A DNA stretch of 51,439 nt from a virus, in the IMG/VR virus record IMGVR_UViG_3300045988_173665, positions 1 through 51,439 of that record, one strand, 5' to 3'. The position numbers and the translations under genes were made by a program. Below the pieces are notes generated by a model. It was not told where the DNA came from. It made no database searches and saw only the letters and a list, made by a program, of their open reading frames with translations. Shown one piece after another: positions 9,505 to 17,294 of the stretch (position 1 is its first letter; each line of letters opens with the position of its first letter).

Positions 9505-9532
9505 GTGCTTGCACCTCCTGCATTGCAGGTGT
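9505..9532. promoter_or_regulatory. imperfect palindrome GGTGCTTGCACCTCCTGCA-T-TGCAGGTG. A candidate serine-recombinase crossover/binding site
   Basis: Inverted arms CACCT(cct)GCA / TGCAGGTG around a central A/T, about 90 bp downstream of the recombinase stop. Confidence 0.3.
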
Positions 9533-9815
9533 TTCTACTGCCTTGTGTAGTTAGAATAAGAAAAATAAACCGCTACTCTGTATCATTTTTCCCCTACCTT
9601 TACACAGAGCCAAATAAACAAATTTTTCTAAAGAAAGGCGGAGTTGTTTTCATAATTTCATCTTTGCTAGTAAGATGTCATGTATCCTTTTCTATTATTA
9701 GTTAGTTAGTTTTTAAATTTAACCCCCAATAATTATAATTTAATAGCAAAAAGAAATATTTATTTGTTTACAACAAAAGTTTGATTTACTAGCGGTCAAA
9801 CTTTTTATTTTTTAC

Positions 9816-9844
9816 TTGACAAACATATATTATGGTGGTATAAT
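9816..9844 (+). promoter_or_regulatory. promoter TTGACA, 17 nt, TGgTATAAT
   Basis: Consensus match. Preceded by the inverted repeat AAAAGTTTGA...TCAAACTTTT. Confidence 0.55.
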
Positions 9845-9848
9845 ACAA

Positions 9849-9888
9849 GTGTTTTTGTTGATTGACATAAAAACACCTCCTTTTTTTG
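9849..9888 (+). terminator. hairpin GTGTTTTTG...AAAAACAC followed by a T7 run, right after the 9816 promoter. A very short transcript or an attenuator
   Basis: 8-bp stem with a 12-nt loop, then CTCCTTTTTTT. Confidence 0.4.
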
Positions 9889-9935
9889 ATACAAGTTTTT
9901 TTGGTTTCTTTATAAAAACCATTATTCCCCTATTA

Positions 9936-9966
9936 AAGCAAGCTGGAAACGGTTTGCTTTTTTGTT
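9936..9966 (+). terminator. rho-independent terminator-like hairpin AAGCAAgctggaaacggTTTGCTT plus a T-run
   Basis: Stem-loop followed by TTTTTTG. Confidence 0.4.
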
Positions 9967-10448
9967 TTATTTAATCAAGCCAAAAAAAGGGTATTATTTT
10001 GATTTTAACCACTATACCCTTGATAATTTATCACTTTGAAATAGAAAATTTGAAAAATAGCCAAAATTTAGGCTCATTTACGAAAATACAACCGATTTAA
10101 ACATTGATATTTTCAATAATACTAAAAAATTTACTGAGTTAAATTTATGACACACCCCCTTTAGAAAAATATATAGTGCATAATATTTTTTTGAAAAAAG
10201 GTATTAAAATATAAAGTTCTAAAAATTTGCAACAGCAAAATTAGGATACACCCCTTTTTGGTAGTCTCAAATAGCAACACAAAAAATTTCAAAAAGTAGG
10301 GCAATAACTCAAAATTGCATTTAACAAGTTATTAATCAAAAATTACCTATTTAAAATAGTGATAATTTTAATAAAAAATGCGTGTTTTAGTTGTGGTTAT
10401 CTTTCACAATATGAAAACGTTTACATAAAAAATAATGTATAAAAGGTA

Positions 10449-10477
10449 TTGACAAATTTATTAAAAAAGTGTAAAAT
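10449..10477 (+). promoter_or_regulatory. promoter TTGACA, 17 nt, gTGTAAAAT
   Basis: Same -10 element as the promoters at 8705 and 50829; it drives the gene at 10516. Confidence 0.55.
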
Positions 10478-10515
10478 ATAAGTGCCTTTTAAAAATAAGG
10501 CAGGAGGTTAATTTT

Positions 10516-10833
10516 ATGAAAAAATACTATTTAAATGAAGAAGAAATCACAAAGGAAGAATTTAACGAGCAGCTAGAAGGATGCATCACCGAATATGTTG
10601 ACAATAACTACGATGATTTACTAGACGAAGACAACGAAGAATACCGAATAGGCTATTTGACATTTTCGGCAAGCGAGGTATTGAAAAACTGTGATCCTGT
10701 TGCTTACCGCTGCGGCTTCAGTGACTACGAAAGCGAAGTTTTGGAAGAAGCAGAAAATGAGCTAGAAAATAGCGGTTATTATGAAATTGATGGCGACACT
10801 TTCAAAATTGAAGAAGATGAAGAAGAGGAGTAA
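10516..10833 (+). CDS. highly acidic small protein (Asp/Glu-rich)
   Basis: Strong RBS AGGAGG; a 105-aa protein with a large excess of D/E. Confidence 0.5.
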   Translation: MKKYYLNEEEITKEEFNEQLEGCITEYVDNNYDDLLDEDNEEYRIGYLTFSASEVLKNCDPVAYRCGFSDYESEVLEEAENELENSGYYEIDGDTFKIEEDEEEE

Positions 10834-10838
10834 AAAAC

Positions 10839-11045
10839 ATGAAGATAACAGATTTTAAAAAAGATTTTTTTTATAAAGGCGGCAGAATAACGCATAAAGA
10901 TTGGCCATCAAATACTACAATAGGGATGCATAAAGGGAAATTTTTTTACTTTTTTAACGGGAAAATATATAAAAAACAACCCGTTATATTTGACATGTAC
11001 TATTTGCTTTCTGAAAATTGGGAACCAGTTGAAAGCATATTATAA
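10839..11045 (+). CDS. hypothetical protein
   Basis: ORF 6 nt after the upstream stop. Confidence 0.4.
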   Translation: MKITDFKKDFFYKGGRITHKDWPSNTTIGMHKGKFFYFFNGKIYKKQPVIFDMYYLLSENWEPVESIL

Positions 11046-11072
11046 TTTATTAATATAAAGAGGTATTAAAAA

Positions 11073-11213
11073 ATGAATAAAGTTAAAAAAAGAATACTAG
11101 ATGATCTAAAACTAACAGAAAAACAAAAAAAAGAACTAGAGAAAATAAAAAAATATTTAGAAAAAGAAAATGAAAAAGCAAGAGAACGCCAAAAAGAAAG
11201 GGGTGTTAGGTAG
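11073..11213 (+). CDS. small Lys/Glu-rich protein (~46 aa), not in the ORF track
   Basis: RBS AAGAGG 8 nt before the ATG; followed by a clean terminator. Confidence 0.35.
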   Translation: MNKVKKRILDDLKLTEKQKKELEKIKKYLEKENEKARERQKERGVR

Positions 11214-11284
11214 TGCTGATATTATGGGCATTTTTTTGGTTTTTCTGTTATTTAGTTGCAAATCAAAAGTAATAATTTTAAAAA

Positions 11285-11310
11285 GAAAGCAGTTAAAAGC
11301 TGCTTTTTTC
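11285..11310 (+). terminator. rho-independent terminator AAAGCAGttaaaagCTGCTTT plus a T-run
   Basis: 7-bp stem, 7-nt loop, then TTTTTTCTTTTTTT. Confidence 0.6.
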
Positions 11311-12171
11311 TTTTTTTAGTTTCCTACAAACGCTCTAAAATCGAACGAATGCATAAATATTCAACTTTTCAAATCTCAATCGCTTACAAGGGGCTTTTAA
11401 AGTTTAAAATTAATAATAGTAGTTGATCAATAATTGATCAATTTAACAAAATTATAAATAAACATGTTTCTAATTAATAGTTAACTTTTTGACTGCTAAT
11501 AAAAAATAACTAATTTAAAATTAGCTAATAAATAACTAGCTAATAATTTATGAATGCTTAACTTTTAATTAATAAATCAAATGTTAAAAATTAAAGTTGT
11601 ATAATAAATAGCTTTTAAATTATATTGCTAAAATATAACTGTTTAAATTATAACATGATTATAAATGTAAATAATATAAATTATTATATATTAATTTATA
11701 AAAAACTATGATATTTTTGTCTTGCTTAACGACTGAATTTTTGCGATTTTTTCCTACACATATTATATATATAATTATAATTTTTTTAAAAAAGTATAGT
11801 AAAAATCAAAAATAAACATTAAAAAAGTAAAATAAAGTACACTTTGTTAAACTTTACGCAAAATAGCCAAAATTAAAATAAGCCTAAAAAAAGGCTAAAT
11901 TTAAAGTTTTACCATATGGGTGTTTGTAATTTATCACAAAAACAAATAAAATTTAAAAATAAGCGGTTTTTAAGGCTCAAATTTGAAAATGGAAGTATAA
12001 GAAAGAACGAGAATACAAGAAAATACCAAAAAACCCCCCCTACCCTATTTTTTGAAAGTTTATAAGGTAGTATCATTACCCCTTCCCCATTTCTCTACTA
12101 TTTTTCGTTCAACAAAACCTTGTTTCGTTTTCACGCTACGCTTTTAATTTCACAAAATCTTTTTTGACCTC

Positions 12172-12200
12172 TTGCCAAAAGAAAATTTCTGTGGTATACT
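12172..12200 (+). promoter_or_regulatory. promoter TTGCCA, 17 nt, TGgTATACT
   Basis: Consensus-like hexamers upstream of the GC-richer membrane-protein gene. Confidence 0.45.
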
Positions 12201-12235
12201 TTAATCACGAGCAAAGGAGAAACGAGGCGATAGCG

Positions 12236-12565
12236 GTGTGGATTATCAGTGTTGTAAAATTTTTGAATAAGTTGCCAAAAGGGTTGCGAGTAGTGATCTA
12301 TGTGTTGTTAGGTCTGACAGTGGTTTTTTGGGTGATGTTTTTGTTAGCTCAAATTTTGGAAGTTGTCAGAAAGGTCGTGCATTGGATGTCGCAAAAGTCG
12401 GTTTTTTGGACTGGCTTTTATGCCCTGATAATTTTGTGTGTTGGGACTTTTTTAGTTGCAGAATTTGTGTTGCATTTAGGATGGTGGGACAAGTTAGTCG
12501 CTTTTTTCACAAATTGGTTTAATGTCGTACGTGAATTTATTGGTGGAAAGATATCAGGTAAATAA
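12236..12565 (+). CDS. small multi-pass membrane protein. Local GC content is noticeably higher than in the rest of the genome
   Basis: The track ORF 12164..12565 starts at a TTG inside the promoter. The GTG at ~12236 with GAGG 8 nt upstream is more plausible. There are two to three hydrophobic helices. Confidence 0.45.
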   Translation: MWIISVVKFLNKLPKGLRVVIYVLLGLTVVFWVMFLLAQILEVVRKVVHWMSQKSVFWTGFYALIILCVGTFLVAEFVLHLGWWDKLVAFFTNWFNVVREFIGGKISGK

Positions 12566-12794
12566 AATGAAACACGTGGGTGCGTGTAAAACGTTCGACA
12601 AAGTATCTATGTGTATGATAATATTAATTTTGACCAAGCAGTAAGGTCATTAAATAATATCTGTATGGATCATACTGTAGATTGCTTCGGCACTATGGTT
12701 AAAAAAGAATATTATAACTTTGTATACTAGAAAGGCTTGGGTAATGCCTAAATCCAAATATTTCATTTAGTAGGTTATAATATTTATAATAGTT

Positions 12795-12838
12795 CCCACC
12801 ACGCCTCTGATTTAAGCGTACCATGGTGGGCCTTTTTA
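12795..12838 (+). terminator. terminator-like hairpin CCCACCA...TGGTGGG plus CCTTTTT
   Basis: 7-bp GC-rich stem with a long loop, followed by a T-run. Confidence 0.35.
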
Positions 12839-12850
12839 TTCGTATGTTTC

Positions 12851-12879
12851 TTGACAAAAATTTAAAAGCGTGGTATAAT
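12851..12879 (+). promoter_or_regulatory. promoter TTGACA, 17 nt, TGgTATAAT
   Basis: Consensus match. The downstream sequence resembles the promoter at 13027 (a tandem pair). Confidence 0.55.
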
Positions 12880-13026
12880 GTAGGTGCTTCAAGTATTTGA
12901 GGCTCTATCAATCACTATATAAATATATTTATTTCATCTTCCAAAAAAATGAATTTATATGTATTTATGTCACGTTCTTTCAGAAAAAGGCTTGCATTAA
13001 AAAAATTGAAAATGTGAGTTTTTTTC

Positions 13027-13056
13027 TTGACAAGGCTTGGACAAGTGTTGTATAAT
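13027..13056 (+). promoter_or_regulatory. promoter TTGACA, 18 nt, TGTATAAT
   Basis: Consensus match immediately upstream of the RBS AGGAGG for the gene at 13086. Confidence 0.55.
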
Positions 13057-13085
13057 GTAGTTGCTTTTTCAAGAGGAGGTAAAAA

Positions 13086-13604
13086 ATGAAATTAAGCGAT
13101 TTTAAATATGATGAACTAAAAAAAAGAGTGGAAGAAATGAATATTAAAAAGAAATTAAAAGATTTAACTTTTGAAGAGTTTGCCGAATGGGCACGTAAAA
13201 ATTGTTCTAATATTAGCTGCAGTTCTTGTATTTTTTGTAACGTGAAATGTGTTGTTGGCAATTCAAAATGTTGGGTAAATCATAAAGGTCTGTATTCTGA
13301 TAAATTCCTAGACCAAGAAATAGAAATAGAAATACCTGATATTTTAACTCCTAATATTATAACTAAAGAAGAGAAGAAATATTTGGAAAATGTTATTAAA
13401 CCAGTAAAAAATAAAGTTAGGTCGATTACAAAAAGGCAAAGTAAAAATAGCACTATAGCGTATATACACATATCTATTGATAATAGTGATCTAGATTGTA
13501 GTTTTGATAGTATAACTTTGAATTACTCTAAAGCCGATACTGCATATGTTAATATGGAGTCAAATAGAGAATATAAGTTAGAAGAATTAGGATTATTTGA
13601 ATAG
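13086..13604 (+). CDS. Cys-rich hypothetical protein; paralogue of 15534..15998
   Basis: Shares KHKxLYSDxFLDQEIEIEI...KKYL...ELGL with the ORF at 15534. Confidence 0.5.
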   Translation: MKLSDFKYDELKKRVEEMNIKKKLKDLTFEEFAEWARKNCSNISCSSCIFCNVKCVVGNSKCWVNHKGLYSDKFLDQEIEIEIPDILTPNIITKEEKKYLENVIKPVKNKVRSITKRQSKNSTIAYIHISIDNSDLDCSFDSITLNYSKADTAYVNMESNREYKLEELGLFE

Positions 13605-13617
13605 GAGGAATAAGATT

Positions 13618-13980
13618 ATGGAAAACAAATTACAAATAAAAGGTCTATATTTAAATGGTGAAGTGATTTTTGTTAAAGAATTAGGAACAATTGGAGAAGA
13701 AACACCAATCAAGGACAAAAACGGTGTTCAATTAAAAGTAGGTGACTTGGTTTTTGGTAAAGCAGGTTCAAGTTTTTGTTGTGTACCAATAGCAAAAGAT
13801 GAAGGCAAATGTTATGCACATGGTTTTGGAGTTTGCTTTAATGTTAATGGCAGTTATTCAAGTGACTTACAAATTGAAAAAGTAAAAGGCTGTGAAGATA
13901 TAGAATTAGGGTCTAAAATGCCAATTCCAAGTACACAATTTCCAATTCTAGCAATACAATATGGTGAAAAAGATGTTTAG
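13618..13980 (+). CDS. hypothetical protein (track ORF 13597; the RBS AGGAGG favours the ATG at 13618)
   Basis: ORF with an RBS. Confidence 0.45.
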   Translation: MENKLQIKGLYLNGEVIFVKELGTIGEETPIKDKNGVQLKVGDLVFGKAGSSFCCVPIAKDEGKCYAHGFGVCFNVNGSYSSDLQIEKVKGCEDIELGSKMPIPSTQFPILAIQYGEKDV

Positions 13981-14022
13981 AATAGTAGAATTAGAAGATT
14001 GTGAAATAAACAATACGTATTT

Positions 14023-14619
14023 TTGACTGATGCAGAAAGCGTTGAAAGCCAATTGGCTGACATTTACGATGCACTAAAAGATAAGTTAGGTAGTTCGTTT
14101 TTTGTTATTGCCGATACAACATTAAGAGAATGGTGGTCGCTTGATCGTTTTATTGGAATTAACTTTGTTGATGGTAAGTATGCAGGCGGTTGGATTAAGA
14201 ATTTTATGGGCATTCCTTATGAGTTAGAAAAAGAAAGTGAATACATATTGATGACTAATATGAGTTTATTGGATAACAGCTTATGGTCTAAAAGTGATAT
14301 AGAAAGTTTTAAAAAATTGTCAAAAAAAGGCTTAATAATTAAGCAAGAAGTACAATATAGAGTTTTACAAAAGCGTGTCGCCATAATAGACAAAAATAGA
14401 TTAGATTCAATAAATTATTTTATACATAAAGGTTTAAATATTAATCAAAAAATTGTTGTAACAGAACAAGATATTAAAGATGTTTACGCTCTTAAACTTA
14501 ATAAGCGTTTAACAAAAGAAATAAAATTTACTTATATGAATGGGCAAAAGAAACAAACACGGAAGATTTATAGTTTCCAAAGATGGTTATTTATACGATA
14601 CTTGTGGTTATGGTTGTAG
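14023..14619 (+). CDS. hypothetical protein (TTG start, no clear RBS). It overlaps the next ORF by 80 nt, so a frameshift or sequencing error is possible
   Basis: ORF. Confidence 0.3.
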   Translation: MTDAESVESQLADIYDALKDKLGSSFFVIADTTLREWWSLDRFIGINFVDGKYAGGWIKNFMGIPYELEKESEYILMTNMSLLDNSLWSKSDIESFKKLSKKGLIIKQEVQYRVLQKRVAIIDKNRLDSINYFIHKGLNINQKIVVTEQDIKDVYALKLNKRLTKEIKFTYMNGQKKQTRKIYSFQRWLFIRYLWLWL

Positions 14620-14887
14620 TACTTGGGGTAGTGATTATCAAGAAACCATACAATTTAAAGATGGTAAATATTATATAGAGGAATGCAACTTGAGGGCAGA
14701 AATTGTAGATACAGGCGAAGAATACATAACAGAATTTGAAATAAAAGTTTTTGATGTTTTACAAAACTTTGAAGAAATAGGGAAAAAATATTGGATTGAC
14801 CAAGATGTGGAAGTAAGTGTATTTTATGGTGAAATACTTTTTGACAAACCAATAAAAGTTTATAAAATAAAGGATAAGATACTTTAA
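14540..14887 (+). CDS. hypothetical protein
   Basis: ORF. Confidence 0.35.
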   Translation: MGKRNKHGRFIVSKDGYLYDTCGYGCSTWGSDYQETIQFKDGKYYIEECNLRAEIVDTGEEYITEFEIKVFDVLQNFEEIGKKYWIDQDVEVSVFYGEILFDKPIKVYKIKDKIL

Positions 14888-14913
14888 TATGGAATCTATG
14901 GAGGGATTAAAAA

Positions 14914-15123
14914 ATGATTGAAATTTTAAAACACGGAAAAAAGAAATATCATTTTGTTTGTGAAAAATGTGGATGTGAGTTTTGTTCAAATGGTGATGAA
15001 ATTGCTAGTACTAAATCTATTCCTGTAACTAGATATATTTTATGTCCAGAATGTGGGAACAAAATAAATATTGAAAATTTAGATGAACATGTTAATAAAA
15101 AAGATGATGACAATGATTATTAG
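14914..15123 (+). CDS. zinc-ribbon protein (CEKCGC...CPECG)
   Basis: Two CxxC pairs; RBS GGAGGGA. Confidence 0.45.
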   Translation: MIEILKHGKKKYHFVCEKCGCEFCSNGDEIASTKSIPVTRYILCPECGNKINIENLDEHVNKKDDDNDY

Positions 15124-15134
15124 AGGTGAAATAA

Positions 15135-15533
15135 ATGATAAAAGAAGAATTAAGACAAATTACTATTGAGTTAAGTCCTACTTGGAATATCGAAGGAAAA
15201 CGCAATAATCAAAACTTTATTAAAATTACTTATAATGTGCTTGCGGAAGCGTTAGAATTAACTGGGGTATTTGAAAACAAATATTTTCATCACATTATTT
15301 TAAAAGGTACAATTGACAAAAATTTATTAAATTTAAGAGTAAACGAAATTCAAGGAGGATATTCATATTCTTTTAGCGATATTAAAGAATTATTATATTT
15401 AGTATTAATGTCGTTTAAAAGGTTTGGAGATACTAAATTAATGCGATTATATAATTATTTAGAAAGTCAAGACTGTGCTTATTCATATTTAATCGAATAT
15501 AAATATATTTATGTAGAGAAAGAGGAAAGATAA
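15135..15533 (+). CDS. hypothetical protein
   Basis: ORF with RBS AGAGGTG. Confidence 0.4.
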   Translation: MIKEELRQITIELSPTWNIEGKRNNQNFIKITYNVLAEALELTGVFENKYFHHIILKGTIDKNLLNLRVNEIQGGYSYSFSDIKELLYLVLMSFKRFGDTKLMRLYNYLESQDCAYSYLIEYKYIYVEKEER

Positions 15534-15998
15534 ATGATAATTAAAAAGAAATTAAGAGATGTCACTCCGAGTGAATATAGAGAATGGGAAAAAAAGCATT
15601 GTGCTTTAAATACAATAGATTGTGCAAATTGTGCTTTTCATTACGTTATGTGCCGTAGTTGGGGACCTTCTTGGGTAAAGCATAAGAATTTATATTCAGA
15701 TAACTTTTTAGATCAAGAAATAGAAATTGAAATTAAAGATGTTTTAGATGAAGTAGAAAAGAAATATCTAAAATCAATAATTAGACCTTTTAAAGATAGA
15801 GTTGAATATATTGATAAAAAAAAGGGTGGAAATTGTACTGATAGTAGCACTTTTTATTATATTGCAATAACGATTAAAAGTATTACTAGTGATTGTGTAA
15901 ATGAAACAATATGTTTTCCATTTTTTAAGCCAGAAAGCAAAATGTATGAAGGTATGGAGCTCAACAAAAAATACACATTAAAAGAATTAGGATTATAA
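15534..15998 (+). CDS. Cys-rich hypothetical protein; paralogue of 13086..13604
   Basis: Conserved block HKNLYSDNFLDQEIEIEIKD. Confidence 0.5.
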   Translation: MIIKKKLRDVTPSEYREWEKKHCALNTIDCANCAFHYVMCRSWGPSWVKHKNLYSDNFLDQEIEIEIKDVLDEVEKKYLKSIIRPFKDRVEYIDKKKGGNCTDSSTFYYIAITIKSITSDCVNETICFPFFKPESKMYEGMELNKKYTLKELGL

Positions 15999-16029
15999 AA
16001 ATAAACACAAGAAAGGAAAATAAATAAAA

Positions 16030-17268
16030 ATGCATGACTTAAAAATATTTACAACTAATATAGAGCAAGAAGCAATTAATCAAATAGAATTATTATTATC
16101 ACAAGAAGCTTTTAAAGATTGTAAAATACGAATTATGCCTGATGTACACGCAGGAGCAGGATGTGTTATTGGCTTTACAGGTAATTTGGGTGATAAAGTA
16201 ATCCCTGAAATTGTAGGTGTTGATATTGGGTGTGGCATGTTAACAGTGGAATTAGGTAAATGTGATATTGATTTAAAATTATTAGATGAATATATAAAAG
16301 AAAATATTCCTAGTGGTCGTAATATTTATTCTGATGAAAAAGTTGATGAAATTAATATTTATAAGGTTGAAAAAATGATTGAACAACTTTATTGTAAAGA
16401 CAAACTAGTTAATATTGATTGGCTTAAAAACTCTTTAGGAACTTTAGGTGGTGGTAATCATTTTATAGAAATTGATACTGATGAAGAGGGTAAAAAATAT
16501 TTAATTATTCACACGGGTTCTAGAAATTTAGGAAAGCAAGTTGCGGAAATTTATCAAGACATCGCTATTAAAAATTGTTCTTTTGAAAAAGAAATGCGAG
16601 AAGAAATTAAAAATTTAATTGCTAATTATAAGTTATCAGGAAGGCAAAAAGAAATCGAAGAGGGTATCTTAAATATAAGAAATAAATACAATGGACTTAC
16701 AAAGCTTCCAAAAGATTTATGTTATCTAGAAGGTGTTGATAGAGAAAATTATTTACACGATATGAAAATTTGTCAAGAATTTGCAAAGTGGAATAGAAGA
16801 ATTATAGTGGAAAACATTTTGGCTTATTTACATAATTATCAAAATTGTGATTTAACTTTATATGAATATAATTATTTTGATACAATTCACAATTATATTT
16901 CTTTTGAAGATAATATTGTTAGAAAAGGGGCTATTGAAGCATATGATAATGGCAAATTATTATTAATACCCATGAATATGCGTGATGGTTGTATTATTGC
17001 AAAAGGTAAAGGAAATAAAGATTGGAATTGTTCTGCTCCACACGGTGCTGGTAGAATAATGTCTAGAGCTGCTGCTAAGAGCAATTTAGATGTAAAAGAA
17101 TTTGAAAAGTCTATGGAAAATATTTATACTACTACAGCAAATGAATTAACTATAGATGAAGCACCTATGGCTTATAAACCAGCTCAAGAAATTATTGATA
17201 ATATTATAGATACGGTTGAAATAATTAAAATTATTAAACCTATCTATAATTTCAAAGCCACTGAATAA
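16030..17268 (+). CDS. rtcB: RtcB-family RNA ligase (3'-phosphate/5'-OH)
   Basis: IMPDVHAGAG, GVDIGCGM, GGGNHFIE, SAPHGAGRIMSR and DEAPMAYKP match conserved RtcB active-site blocks. Confidence 0.85.
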   Translation: MHDLKIFTTNIEQEAINQIELLLSQEAFKDCKIRIMPDVHAGAGCVIGFTGNLGDKVIPEIVGVDIGCGMLTVELGKCDIDLKLLDEYIKENIPSGRNIYSDEKVDEINIYKVEKMIEQLYCKDKLVNIDWLKNSLGTLGGGNHFIEIDTDEEGKKYLIIHTGSRNLGKQVAEIYQDIAIKNCSFEKEMREEIKNLIANYKLSGRQKEIEEGILNIRNKYNGLTKLPKDLCYLEGVDRENYLHDMKICQEFAKWNRRIIVENILAYLHNYQNCDLTLYEYNYFDTIHNYISFEDNIVRKGAIEAYDNGKLLLIPMNMRDGCIIAKGKGNKDWNCSAPHGAGRIMSRAAAKSNLDVKEFEKSMENIYTTTANELTIDEAPMAYKPAQEIIDNIIDTVEIIKIIKPIYNFKATE

Positions 17269-17294
17269 TAATTTAAGAAAGGAAAAGATAGAAA

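Noticed and set aside
9505-9705. 66-aa ORF in the non-coding block after the recombinase
   Set aside because: No RBS. It overlaps the palindromic and hairpin elements and the translation is junk-like. The region is better explained as regulatory DNA.
9419-12160. Searched the non-coding blocks for tRNA genes and CRISPR repeats
   Set aside because: No GTTCRA T-loop/acceptor-stem arrangement was found. There are no regularly spaced direct repeats with unique spacers, only short dispersed motifs.
12328-12522. Nested + strand ORF (64 aa) inside the membrane-protein gene
   Set aside because: An alternative frame of a supported gene; the GC-rich region simply keeps it open.
12593-12599. Canonical 0A box (TTCGACA, reverse of TGTCGAA) near the promoters, and another at 4813
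   Set aside because: A 7-mer expected by chance several times in 51 kb. There is no clustering or promoter-proximal arrangement that would support Spo0A control.
12699-12911. 70-aa minus-strand ORF between the terminator and promoters
   Set aside because: Sits on the opposite strand of two consensus + promoters and a terminator, with no start context.
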